Positions 51,101 to 63,539 of a stretch of DNA of 64,000 bases are shown here, piece after piece. The notes below the pieces were generated by a model that searched no databases, had not been told where the DNA came from, and saw only the letters and a program-made list of their open reading frames with translations. Within the stretch, counting starts at the first letter, position 1, and each line of letters starts with the position of its first letter. The stretch is from contig NC_043000.1 in assembly GCF_006345805.1 (NCBI RefSeq), positions 5,456,001-5,520,000 of the forward strand, given 5' to 3'. This stretch comes from Octopus sinensis. Lineage: Eukaryota. A program made the position numbers and the translations under genes.

Positions 51101-51960
51101 AAAAAACGATCTGGATGATGCGTAGTTGTATAGTTATGAAGTTCGCCTCACATCCATGTAGTCCTTAGTTCGATCTCACTACATGATATTTTGGACGCGT
51201 ATCTCCTAAACTAGCTTACGTTTAACCCATGGATTGAGAGTAGAATTAGGTACACTGAGATACAAAACGCATTCACTGTTATGGATGGTACACCTTCCAT
51301 CATAGCAAAGCTGAGGCCAAACAACAACCATGACGTTTGATATTGTTGATGGCCAGCAATTTCGGGGGAAGGGGAAGTTGATTACACTAATTCTGTACTC
51401 GATGGCACTTATTTTATCGACTCCGAAAGGATGAAAGGCAAAGTCGACCTCATGAAGATTTGAACTCAGAACGTGAAGACGTATGAAATGCCGCTAAGCA
51501 TTTAGCCTGAGGTGCTAACGATTCTACCACATCTGGAATGCTTAATATTTATTCCTTATAAGGCGGCGAGCTGGCAGAAGCGTTAGCACGCCGGGCGAAA
51601 TGATTAGCGGTATTTCGTCTGTCTTTACATTCTGAGTTCAAATTCTGCCAAGGTCGACGTTGCCTTTCATCCTTTCTAGGTCGATAAACTAAGTAGCAGT
51701 TGCGTACTGGGGTCGATCTAATCGACTGCCCCCCCCTCCGCCAAATTTTCGGCCTTTATACCTAGATTAGAAGAGAATATTTATTCCTTATGAAGGATAG
51801 AAAATGGCCAATCGTTTGGCTACAATGTCTTCTATAATATAATTTTATGTTTTATGAGAAAATAAACCGACTCCAAAATTTAACTTGTAATTTATTGTAT
51901 TGATACCGGAAGATTAAATCAAAGTTGACCTCAGCGGGATTTGAACTCAGAACGGAAGAA
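48120..51960. mobile_element. Cluster of about nine SINE family A copies in both orientations
   Basis: Approximate copies: 48120-48340 (+), 48570-48955 (-, dimer), 49270-49480, 49505-49738, 49758-49978 (-), 50745-50900 (+), 51340-51530 (-), 51560-51770 (+), 51900-51960 (-). Confidence 0.75.
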
Positions 51961-51999
51961 AGAACATAACTGAATACAACAATATATATCACTCGATGT

Positions 52000-52301
52000 G
52001 GAGGCACATGGCCTAATGGTTAGAGCAGCGGACTTGCGGTCGAGGGATCGCGGGTTCGAATCTCAGACCGGGTGATGTGTATGTTTATGAGCGAAACACC
52101 TAAGCTCCACGCGGCTCCGACAGAAGGTAATGGCGAACGTCTGCTGACTCTTTCGCCACAACTTTCTCTCACTCTTTCCTCCTGCATCTTTCAGCTCACC
52201 TGCGACGGACCGGCGTCCCGTCCTGGTAGGGAACCTATACGCCAAGGAAACCAGAAAACCGGCCCTTATGAGCCAGGGATGGCTCGAGAAGGAGCAAAAA
52301 T
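52000..52301 (+). mobile_element. SINE family G (head G + Meta-like tail) with 13-bp TSD
   Basis: TSD tatcactcgatgt at 51987-51999 and 52302-52314; A box tggcctaatgg, B box ggttcgaatc; tail gcgacggaccggcgtcccgtcc...gaaaaccggcccttatgagcc. Confidence 0.85.
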
Positions 52302-52407
52302 TATCACTCGATGTTTTACCGATTCTTCCAATCATCTTTTCTCAACAAATCTCAAGACTTGTATGGATCTCTCCTTCGCTTGAATTTCCAATATTTTTAA
52401 TTCTCCT

Positions 52408-54112
52408 AAGGCAGCGAGCTGGCAGAATCGTTACTGCCCCAAGCAAAAATGCATTGTAGCATTTCATCCGTTTTTACGTCCTGAGTTCAAACTCAGCCGA
52501 AGTTGACTTTGCCTTTCATCCTTTTGGGATAGATAAAATAAGGAACAGTTGAGCACTGTTATCGATGTAGTCGACTTACCCCAACCCCAGAATTGATGGT
52601 CTTGTGCCAAAATTTGAAATCAATATTTTCAGTTTTTCTAGTTTTTAATTAACAATTTTTTCCCCGCCTTCAAAATTTGTATAATAACCACACTAGCAAC
52701 TTCGCCTACCATGCTGAGCTAAGGAAACATTGATACAATTGATTTGTTTCTGGCTGATCTAAAAATGACAAACGAAGAGACACTCAGAAAAATGTGCATG
52801 GCGTTTGTCAAATGTGACTTTCGGAGTATCTACAGAATGAAATGTCGTTTTTCAGTAAGTAAATTGGCTTCAAGTTTTGACAGAAGACCAGCAATTTCGA
52901 GGCTGGAGGTAAGTCGATTACATCGGCTCCTGTATTTAACTAGTACTTATTTTATCGTCCCGAAAGATGAAAAGCAAAGTCGACCTCGGCAGGATTTGAA
53001 GTGAGAACATTCTTAAGCACTCCGTCGGTTACGACGATGAGGGTTCCGGTTGATCCGAATCAACGGAACAGCCTGCTCGTGAAATTAACGTGTAAGTGGC
53101 TGAGCACTCCACAGACACGTGTACCCTCAACGTAGTTCTCGGGGATATTCGGCGTGACACAGAGAGTGACAAGGCCGGCCCTTTGGAATACAGGTACAAC
53201 AGAAACAAGAAGTAAGAGTGAGAGAAAGTGTGGTGAAAGAGTACAGCAGGGATCACCACCATCCCCTGCCGGAGCCTCGTGGAGCTTTAGGTGTTTTCGC
53301 TCAATAAACACTCACAACGCCCGGTCTGGGAATCGAAACCGCGATCCTATGACCGCGAGTCCGCTGCCCTAACCACTGGGCCATTGCGCCTCCACGAAGT
53401 GAGAACATAAAGACGAACGAAATGCCACTTAACATTTTTCCCGGCCTGGTAACGATCCTGCCAGCTTGCCGCCTTATTATGGCACTTAATATTGGCTTCA
53501 TATTTTGGCCCAAGGCCGGCAGTTTCAGGATAGCCCGATTCTGCCAATTCACTGCCTTACTTTCAGTAAGTAAATCTATTTCAAACTTTGGGACGTGGCC
53601 AGAAAATTGGGGGCTGGGGATAATTCGATTACATCGGCCCCAGTACTTAACTGGTATTTATTCTTTCGATCCTGAAAAGATGAAAGGCAAAGTCGACTTC
53701 GGCGGGATTTGAACTCAGAACGTAAAGACGGACGAAATGTCGCTAAGCATTTTTCCCGGAGTGCTATCGATTCTACCAACTCTCATCCTTACTTTCATTA
53801 AGTAAATTAACATCCCAGTAAGTACTGCACGTATTGTATATTGTAGTTACTATACAATACTTCATGCATTTGAAGTAGTCCAATACATAGAAATAATCCT
53901 TTATACTATAGGCACAAGGCCTGAAATTTTGGGGAAGGGGACTAGTCGATTATATCAACCCCGGTGTTTCACTGATACCTAATTTATCTACCCCGAAAGG
54001 ATGAAAGACAGAGTCGACCTCGGTGGAATTTGAACTCAGAACGCAGCGACGGGCGAAATACCGCAGAGCAATTTCGTCCAGCGCGCTAACCAATCTGCCA
54101 GCTCGCCGCCTT
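52408..54112. mobile_element. Further SINE family A copies
   Basis: Approximate copies: 52408-52625 (+), 52860-53010 plus 53396-53480 (-, split by a later insertion), 53575-53790 (-), 53895-54112 (-). Confidence 0.7.
53011..53395 (-). mobile_element. SINE with head G and tail X, nested in a family A copy, 13-bp TSD
   Basis: TSD gaagtgagaacat at 52998-53010 and 53396-53408; head matches 52000-52120; tail matches 9565-9745. Confidence 0.85.
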
Positions 54113-54324
54113 CAGTGCCTAGAAATAATGATTTGACAGAAATAATGTAACGCAGGATAGATAAGGTAAGACGTAATGCATTATATATTTGCTTAATCAC
54201 TCTCTGAGCAGAGTGGCACATTGCGAGTGGCACACGAAAATCCAAATAGCATAGTCGGCAGAGATTACGACAAAAACGGGAGTTTACGCTTAGCATATAG
54301 GATATTTGTGAAGACACATTGCCT

Positions 54325-54570
54325 AGTGTTAGGATGTTGCGCTCACGATCGCTAGATCGTGAATTCGATTCCTAGACCGGACGACGCGTTGTGTTCTTGA
54401 ACAAAAGCACTTCGTTTCACCTTGCTCCAGCCCCCCCCCCTTTCGATCGGGAGGAATGTTGGCCTGTTTGCCTAGACAGCGGGATAGCGTCATTAGAAAG
54501 CTAAAACGATGCAAAGCACATTGTGACCAGCGATGTGTAACAACGTCTGATTATCTGGTCGTTCACGTTG
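54325..54570 (+). mobile_element. Diverged tRNA/CORE-like SINE (family E)
   Basis: gcctagtgttagg...gaattcgattcc...gttgtgttcttgaacaaaagcac; tail resembles 8630-8780. Confidence 0.55.
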
Positions 54571-55461
54571 ATCACGTGATATAGGATATAAATTGATATT
54601 CGACGTCGGTACGTTGATAGGCTCCGTAGACAGTACGGAGAAGAATACAATTCTTTGCAGTACTTAGTTTTGCTCCATACACTTTCTGTGTCCCAACCCC
54701 GGCATGATAATCTATTCTGAGTGTGATAGATGAACGCTTTACACCGACCATAATTCTGTTATTGCGGTAAGTATGCTACAATCTGGTCGCAGTTTGTTTC
54801 CAAATCTAATAATACTCAGTCAGAAACAAAAGATGAAGTCAGGTTGAAGTTGTAGCATGTATAGAAATAGCTTAAAGTTTCTCTGTTTGTATTTATGCCA
54901 GAGTAGCAGATTCAGCACGATAGTATAACCTGTGACAACAAACAACCAACATATGTCACTGGATTTCATACCAGTCGATGAAGCAGTTAGCATTGATGTC
55001 TTTATAAAGACATATAAACATACACACATACACACACACACACGCACATAATATAAATACACACACACGTGTATATATATGTATGTATGTATAATCGTGT
55101 AAAGTCATAGCTAATGCCTTCAAGCCCACCTGGACGTAGGGAGACCCTCCGCTGCGGAAAATTTTCCACCTTGACGACATGAATCGAAACACATCAGATC
55201 GTAGGATGGACGCCTTTCTGCGTTTTCAGAGCGTCAGCTGAAATCAGTAGCCGTTCATATCTTGAAGTATAATGTGGTGGAATGGCATAATTGTGGTATT
55301 TGTGGTATTTGTTCCGGCTCTTTGTGCTTTCAATTCTCATTCTACTAAAGTCAAATTTGCCTTTATTGGTCCGCAGTCGGTAAAATAAACCACCCGTCAA
55401 CGCCCTCTCCTCAAAATGACCAACTTTTTAGCCCAAATGAAAAACGTCTAAAATCTTGATA

Positions 55462-55972
55462 TCTATATATATAAAACTGTAGTTGTGTGAGTGTCTGTCC
55501 CCTTCGATTTAGATTCCTAACTACTCCCACATTTTGCGGTGCAGTTTAACCAAATTCGGGTATCTTATAGTCGTGATTCATATCGAGCCCGTCTGACTAC
55601 TAGCGCGCGTCTACGATGAGTCTACGATTTTAAAAATAATTTAACATCATTTTTTATTCCATTTTAATGCATAAAATGCATCGTGTGTCGATGGCGGCGG
55701 AGTTGGCGTCCACGCTCACAGCTGCACCTGTTTGCTTCTCCCCCTTCCCTCCCTCGTGAAGCTGTGGGGAAGGGAGTGTAAAGAAATCAACGTCGTAATG
55801 CGTTGTGAAGGAACCAGCGTTCTTTTAGAACAACGACTTCATGGCTTGAAGACACCAAAACAGAAATGGCTAAGAAAGCCCGAATTGGCATCTATAAGGG
55901 AAGTAACTCTCTAAAAATGCTTATATAGTTATTTCCCTTACAAATCCGAGCAACGCCGGGCGATACTGCTAG
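55462..55972 (+). mobile_element. Non-autonomous Helitron
   Basis: A|TCtatatatataaaactgtagttgtgtgag ... ccgagcaacgccgggcgatactgCTAG|T; nearly identical to 62699-63212. Confidence 0.85.
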
Positions 55973-56794
55973 TTTATAATAATTGACTTAGGAATATTCG
56001 GTCGATAGTAACCTTTTCGCTGAAGAACCGTTCTTGTACCCTGTCGAAAAAATTGAGTATTTCACATTTACGGATTTAAAAAAATTATTTTAGAGTTTTC
56101 ATTTTCAATCGGAACTGCTGTATTCGTTTTGATGTATTTTTCTGTAGGTGGGAAAGGCATGAACATCATCTATTCCCATTTATCATTCATAATAATATTT
56201 AAGGCTTTATGTCTGCTTAAGGACTCATTATTAATATGATCATTTATAAATGATTATAATCAGTGACAAGTCGAGAGAAAGAGTTCGAAAAGAACACTTA
56301 ACTAAAATCGATTCCTCATCGTTAAATAGTATGTGGATCCATTGTGCAATTATTCTTTCTATGAAAGACGTATTATGCTTTATCGGAAGCATTGACAACA
56401 GGTTCAGGAACAATAGCAGCAGCTGCACCATCAGCACTTCCAGCAGCAACAAGTAGACGAAGAACAATGCCAAGAACATTAACGACATCAATAACCATGA
56501 CAAAAAGAAATTTCCAAAAGTCTCGAAACCATTTTGTCTACTTTTATTTCGATAATTTGTATTAAAATTGCTTAGAAAAATCTTCGGGTTTTTTTTTTTT
56601 TTTAAGATGGCTACAAAACTGTTGAACGAGGTTTTCACATCCAGCAAAATAAAATAACCCAAAGTCCCTCCCTGAATAACGTTTTTGTTTTTAAAGAACA
56701 TACTTAAAGGGACTAATGATTGTGTAAAGGATCCTGGGACATCACAGCTAATGATAATTTCATCGACATCACTCTATGCATGATTCTCATAGTT

Positions 56795-56890
56795 ACTGCT
56801 GCTGCTGTTGCTGCTGCTGCTGTTGCTGCTGCTGCTGTTGCTGCTGCTGTGCTGCTGCTGCTGTTGCTGCTGCTGCTGTTGCTGCTGATG
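56795..56890. repeat. (CTG/TTG)n microsatellite
   Basis: Directly visible. Confidence 0.9.
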
Positions 56891-57299
56891 CAGTAGTGGA
56901 AGCTACAATTTGTTCTTCATTTGCTGTTGTTACTGCTAGGATCATTCTATTTGCGGTTGTTATTATTTTTTTTTTTTAGATTTTGTAGGTTGAAAAGAAT
57001 AACGTATAGTTTACGCCTTTTTTGGTGTTCTCATTTCATATGAAACCAAAATCTCAAATATCAGCCTATGACATACCCGGCCAAATTCAATCTACACCTT
57101 ATTCCCAGCAAATATGTATATGGCTTTGTCACGTATTTGTAGGGCCCTGTGTAGGTGGAAGTGGCAGTTGTGATCTGGGAAGAGCTTTCTAGATTTAAGA
57201 CTACATAATTCTTCGTCTGAAAAATCAACAACAACGACGACAACAACAACAACAACAACAACAATAATGATGATGACTGCTATCACAAACAAGAATACT

Positions 57300-57547
57300 A
57301 AAAATGAACCCGAACGCTCTCAAAAATTAAGTAAAAAGACTGGTAAAATAATTCAGAATCCTTGTCCGGTACCGAATTGATCCTAAAATCTAATCAGTTC
57401 GTGCCAGTCACAAGGCCAAACATTCCTGAAAGTTTCATCCAAATCCATCCAGCGGTTCTTGAGATATCTTATCCACGGACAAACAAACAAACAAACACGA
57501 CTGAAAACAATACCTCTGCCTTCGTCTTAGCGAAGGCAGAGGTAATA
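57300..57547 (+). mobile_element. Helentron-associated (HINE/DINE-1-like) non-autonomous element
   Basis: Terminal perfect 14-bp hairpin tacctctgccttcg-tcttag-cgaaggcagaggta (57511-57544), preceded by (AAAC)n and aagtttcatccaaatccatccagcggttcttgag. Confidence 0.55.
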
Positions 57548-57549
57548 AT

Positions 57550-57860
57550 ATGACAGATATAGAGAAAATAGCAAAGTACCAGGACCTAGGCATTGAGTTA
57601 CAAAGATTATGGAAAGTGCGGGTAAAATGTATCCCTGTAGTTATAAGTGCATTAGGAACTATCCCTAAAGATTTGAACAGATGGATAAAGGAAATAAAGC
57701 CTAGTTTAGTGCAGCTCCAGAAAACAGTGTTATTAGGGTCTGCTAGGATACTAAGGAGGGTTCTTGATATCTAAGTTTAATTGTAATCCGAATTTAGGAA
57801 TTTTTCTTTCCAACAGTTTAATTTGTCGTGCATATGTGGAATAATAATAATAATAATTGT
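57550..57860 (+). mobile_element. 3' end of R4/Dong-like non-LTR retrotransposon (restriction-like endonuclease region)
   Basis: EKIAKYQDLGIELQRLWKVRVKCIPVVISALGTIP...LQKTVLLGSARILRRVL*, followed by a short 3' UTR and (AAT)n. Confidence 0.8.
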
Positions 57861-58264
57861 AACAATTCATTCTAATCTTCGCACAAAGTCAAAACTTTGG
57901 TGAGGGGAGGCACTTAACTTATCGACCCCAAAAGAATGAAAGGTAGACTCAACCTAGGCAGAATTTGAACTCAGGATTCAACGAACCGAAAGATCAACGT
58001 GTAAGCATTTGTCCGATGTGCTAAGGATTCTGCCAGCTCGTCGCCTTTGTCATTATGATTATTCTTTCTGTTACAGGCACGGGGCCTGAAATTTGGGATA
58101 GGGAAAAGGATTAGTCGATAACACCGACTCCGGTGCTCAACTAGTACTTAATTTATTAACCCTGAAAGTATGAAAAACATGCAGAACATGCAGACGGACG
58201 AAATGCCGCCAAGCATTTTGTTCAGCGTGCTAACGATTCTGACAGCTCGCCACCTTACATAATG

Positions 58265-58296
<32 letters not shown>

Positions 58297-58826
58297 CGTA
58301 AATATAATAATAATAATAAATGCCCTGATGCAGTACCAAGCAGTGGCTCTCGTGGCTTCTAATCTTAACTGATTGGAAGTGTTATCACGTACATTGTTTT
58401 GTCTTGGTATAAAAGATGGGCTACAGCAAATATTCTGCTCAATACCACAGATTTGCTTGTCAGTTGTTTGACCTTAACTAGTTGAGCATGTCCCTTAGTG
58501 GCTGACGATATGTGCATCTCTGATCACGAGCAGAAGTATTTGGGGAGCATCGTAGCCATGTGTTGAAACGATTTCTTTGGGGTTTGAATAATCCACCTCT
58601 GGAAACATGGGTGTTTCGTTCAACATCCTTAAACAACCCTTATTCAGGGCCCCACCTGCAAGGTCATGTGCTGTTTATCATGATATGAGATCACCATGTC
58701 GAGCACATATGGTTGTGATGCATGTGCCTAGTGTACCCTTATCAGATGGGTAGTCATGATGGGTATACTGGACTTAGTATATTTTACCCCAGTGTCACTT
58801 TGATGGCATGCACTGCTCTCTTACTC

Positions 58827-58877
<51 letters not shown>

Positions 58878-59273
58878 CCTTTCTATTATAGGCACACGGC
58901 CTGAAATTTGTGGGGAGGGGTAATTCGATTACATCGCCCCCACTACGCAACTTGTACTTAATTTATCGACACGAATGGATGAAAGGCAAAGTCGACCTCG
59001 GCGGAATTTGAACTCAGAACATAACAGCAGACGAAATACCTATTTCTTTACTACCCACAAGGGGCTAAACACAGAGAGGACAAACAAGGACAGACAAACG
59101 AATTAAGTCGATTATATTGACCCCAGTGCGTAACTAGTACTTATTTAATCGACCCGAAAGGATAAAAGGCAAAGTCGACCTCAGCGGAATTTGAACTTAG
59201 AATGTAACCGCAGACTAAATGCCACTAAGCATTTCGCCCGGCGTGCTAAAGTATCTACCAGCTCGCCGCCTTC

Positions 59274-59305
<32 letters not shown>

Positions 59306-59309
59306 AATG

Positions 59310-59360
<51 letters not shown>

Positions 59361-59488
59361 TTAATTTCTACTACAGGCACAAGGTCTGAAATATGGAGGA
59401 GATAGATAGTCGATTAAATCGACCCCCAGTACTTAGCTGGTACTTATTTTGTCGACCCCGAAAAGATGAAAAGTAAAGTCGACCTCAG

Positions 59489-59524
<36 letters not shown>

Positions 59525-60073
59525 CTTTTATTTTCCACCAGGGTGAACGATGGAGGGCACAATACAAATGCCGACATAAAGTGTGGGAGTTCACTACATA
59601 CAATGAAATGATTAAAAAAACCGCAGAAAAGTATACACGGTGTGCAACAAAAGAAGTGACGTATGCATAATATATTATAGTGAGAGAGAAGGAAAAGAGA
59701 TGATAGTGACGTGGTCCTCCTGATACAGGAGGACCTCTAAGATAATCGAGGAACCCAATCGTCCAATGTCGGACTGAATACCAAAGTCAAGTGCCCCTCT
59801 CCAATTCATTTTCTCCGCCTCATCCACTTTTGCCTCTTCACAATTTTCATCCACCTTAAAAGTATTAAATTTTGGCACTAGGCCTTAAATTTCGGGGCAA
59901 GGTGTAAATCAATTACGTCGACCCTAGTGTTCAAGTGGCACTTATTTCATCGGCCCCATATGGACGAGAGTTTAAGTCGACTTCGGAGGTCTTTGAACTC
60001 AGAGCGAAAAAACGGACGAAATGCCGCTCAGAATTTTGCTCGGCGTACTAGCGATTCTGACAGCTCGCCGCTT
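57860..60073 (-). mobile_element. Additional SINE family A copies
   Basis: Approximate copies: 57860-58050, 58065-58257, 58877-59272 (dimer), 59365-59490, 59865-60073. Confidence 0.7.
58320..58830 (+). mobile_element. Family D non-autonomous retroposon flanked by (AAT)n on both sides
   Basis: tgccctgatgcagtacc...gcactgctctcttactc(aat)n; homologous to 15829-16135. Confidence 0.75.
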
Positions 60074-60619
60074 TAAACTACTTTAATTAATGAATATCAA
60101 CATATGTCAGTTGTCAAAGTGTTGGAGTCGGATATTTTAATTAATGTCATTATTAGTGAATTACTACAGTTAGAATGTCGCCTACAAAAAAATTACCGAA
60201 TTATCATTATTTCAAATTTTAACGTTCTCAAGAATTAACAATGCGGCATTGTTGTCTAATAAAATTTAACAGTTGCTTGTAGTTACTTGAATGAAACGTC
60301 CACAAAATCCATCAGCTCACTTTTGATTGCTTAATTAAGTATTTGCTTAAAATTTTATGCGCATGTATATATGCATTTTTGTTTTCTTCGGAGTGGGCCT
60401 GTCTTTACAATTTTTTTTTTGTATGAAAGTAGGTGGTCTAGAAGTTAGGGGTTTCAGACACACAATCGAAAATATGTGGGTTCAAATCCAGGAGTACCGC
60501 GTAGTGTTCTTAAGCAACCAAGCAAGACACTTCCCAGTAAGATGTACTTGCAGCAGTATCTTGAGCCGGACCTGTGTTCCGTCCAGTGGGAGTGGGGAGT
60601 CTCTTACATTCAGTCACTT

Positions 60620-60957
60620 AAAGACCCCCTTCGGTCATGAACGACTGTAGGATTGCACCTAGAAAGTTAGCCTCCGCGGTGTAAGTCCGGGCAAAGTTGT
60701 TTTATGGAAGACCCGCAGTCGCCCATGCATACCAGATTTCCCACCTCTCCACGCCACCAGTGTTATCCAAGGGAAAGGCAAAGGCCAATACAGCTTGGCA
60801 CCAATGACATCGCAATTCATTTCTGTGGCTGAATGAGCTGGAGCAACGTGAAATAAAGTGTCTTGCTCAAGAACACAACACACAGCCCAGTCTGGGAATC
60901 AAACTCACTACCTCATCATTGTGAATCCGATGCTCTAATCACTGAGCCATGCGCCTA
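60620..60957 (-). mobile_element. tRNA-derived SINE family F
   Basis: Minus strand starts aggcgcatggctcagtgattagag...gagtttgattccc...gtgttgtgttcttgagcaagacactttatttcacgttgctccag. Confidence 0.8.
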
Positions 60958-61879
60958 GGATCCAGGATAAGTACTGGCTCTAATAAGCATATAAGGCTAA
61001 TCACAAAACCTCATAGAACACTCGTTGGCTTTCTTTAAGCCAGATGGCTTTATGGAATATCCGAAAGCCTTGTGGAACATCCGAGACACCTGGTGTAACT
61101 TACAGGCTTACATCTAAAACATTCACGAGCCACTCTGGGAGATAGACTTTCTTGTGGATCATTCACAAGGTCTGGTGTAACGCGCACAAAGCTCCTTGAA
61201 CATACTTTGTGAACATCTACAGACTTCTTCGTCGAACATCTACAAAGATTTCTTTGCACATCACGGATGTGGTTAATCATTACCGTATTTCTAGAGTTCA
61301 ACTTGTCATGTATGAATATTTACTGTCAGTCCTATTTAACGGGTTTCCATTTAATTTCCTCCACCCAAATCCCATTCACAAGATAATGGTTAATAAAAAG
61401 ACATTCCCATCCAGGTGCTGTACAGCGTGCTCGAACCCAGAATCCCGTGACAGCAAAGTGAGCTTCTTTGCCATACGCCTATGCTTGTGATTACACCATA
61501 ACAATACTGGTAGGCAATCTAGTGATACTATAATGATGAATAGCAAATTTGTTGCTTAGTAGGTATATTTTATGAAATATCGAAAAGCAAAGGTGGAGGT
61601 GCATAGATATACATGCAAGTATATATAAACGCAAAGGGAGACGCACGCGGTTGTGTGGGCATTTGGAAGTTTGTACTATTTTTAATTATGTAACTGGCAC
61701 TCCATCGGATACGACAACAAGAGTTCCAGTTGATACGATCAACAGAACAGCTTACTTAACGTGCAAGTAGGTTAGAATCCACAGACACCCGTACGCTTTA
61801 CGTAGTTCTCAGGGAGTTCAGGAAATTCAATTTCATCACAAAGATGGAGGTCTACAATATATTTGTCAAAACGCCTCTT

Positions 61880-62165
61880 ATATTCCAGTGAATCGTGAAG
61901 AGATTCTAGGAGGAACACGTCATCTCAGACACCTCCACGTGATGTTGCTTTGTGGCTCCCTGAATGTCTGCTAGTATGAGCATATCTACCTACCTCTCTT
62001 TAAGTATGGGTGAGGATCCTTGGACTGGAGAGAACTTGGTAGACGCTTCGGACTCCAAAGACCGGACGGGAACAGACGTACAAAGCAATTTTGAGTTGCT
62101 TTGGCCATATACGACAAACAAGGGCGGACAAAGTATACAAATGAATGGCGGAATTAATTCGTGAA
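61880..62165 (+). pseudogene. Possible highly decayed RTE-like RT C-terminal fragment
   Basis: MLLCGSL...; VRILGLERTW...CFGHIRQ loosely resembles LLYG.E.W / LRRIL / W.GH..R. Confidence 0.3.
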
Positions 62166-62264
62166 ATGATATGCCGCTAGAGATTGTTTGGTGAAACAGT
62201 ATGGCTGTCTCTCTGATCGTGTGTATGTACGTATGTAACTACGTCTGTATGTACGGCAGTCGTG

Positions 62265-62292
62265 TGTGTATATATGTATATATGTATGTATA

Positions 62293-62352
<60 letters not shown>

Positions 62353-62627
62353 CATACATGTATATATATACATACATGTATATATATATACATGTATATA
62401 TATATATAGAGAGAGAGAGAGAGATGTAGATATATATATACATATATATACAGTGTATATATATACTATATATATATGTGTGTGTGTATATATATATACA
62501 CACACATATATATATACAGTATACATATATATATATATATATATATATTTGTGTTTATGTGTGGTGTGTGCGTGTATATATCCAAATATATGTTTTATAG
62601 ATATATACATGTATATATCTATATATC

Positions 62628-62698
<71 letters not shown>
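62265..62698. repeat. Degenerate (TA)n/(TG)n microsatellite
   Basis: Directly visible. Confidence 0.9.
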
Positions 62699-62699
<1 letters not shown>

Positions 62700-63212
62700 C
62701 TTTATATATAAAACTCTAGTTGTGTGAGTGTCTGTCCCCTTCGATTTAGATTCCTAACTACTCCCACATTTTGCGGTGCAGTTTAACCAAATTCGGGTAT
62801 CTTATAGTCGTGATTCATATTGAGCCCGTCTGGGTATTAGCGCGTGTCTACGATGAGTCTACGATTTTAAAAATAATTTAACATCATTTTTTATTCCATT
62901 TTAATGCATAATTTTTCGGGTGTCGATGGTGGCGGAGTTGGCGTCCATGGTCACACCTGCACCTGTTTGCTTCTCCACCTTCTTCCCTCCCTCGTGAAGC
63001 TGTGGGGAAGGGAGTTGTAAGGAAATCAACGTCGTAAAGCGTTGTCAAGGAGACCAGCGTTCTTTTAGAACAACGACTTCATGGCTTGAAGACACCAAAA
63101 CAGAAATGGCTAAGAAAGCCCAAATTGGCATCTATAAGGGAAGTAACTCTCTAAAAATGCTTATATAGTTATTTCCCTTACAAACCCGAGCAACGCCGGG
63201 CGATACTGCTAG
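62699..63212 (+). mobile_element. Non-autonomous Helitron (same family as 55462)
   Basis: A|TCtttatatataaaactctagttgtgtgag ... gggcgatactgCTAG|T. Confidence 0.85.
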
Positions 63213-63504
63213 TATAAAATAAAAGTTGTGTGGTGTCTGTCTCCTACGGTTTAGATTCCTAACTACTCCCACATTTTGCGGTGCAGTTTAACCAAAAGCG
63301 GGTATCTTATAGTCGTGATTCATATCGAGCCCTTCTGGGCATTAGCGCGCGTATACGATGAGTCTACGATTAAAAAAAAAATTACCATAATTTTTTTCCA
63401 TTTTTAATGCATTTTTTTGCTATTATATAAGGGAAGTAACTCTCTAAAAATGCTTATATAGTTATTTCCCTTATAAACCCGAGCAACGCCGGGAGATACT
63501 GCTA

Positions 63505-63505
<1 letters not shown>
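63213..63505 (+). mobile_element. Internally deleted Helitron copy joined head-to-tail to the previous one
   Basis: tataaaataaaagttgtgtggtgtctgt...ttagattcctaactactccc...; lacks the middle ~220 bp; ends gccgggagatactgCTAG|T. Confidence 0.8.

Positions 63506-63536
<31 letters not shown>

Positions 63537-63539
<3 letters not shown>

Noticed and set aside
55253-55370. Exon-like frame RQLKSVAVHILKYNVVEW
   Set aside because: It runs into a diverged SINE A copy and has no clear donor.
56390-56510. Gln-rich or Ala/Thr-rich ORF
   Set aside because: Degenerate CAN trinucleotide tract with in-frame stops.
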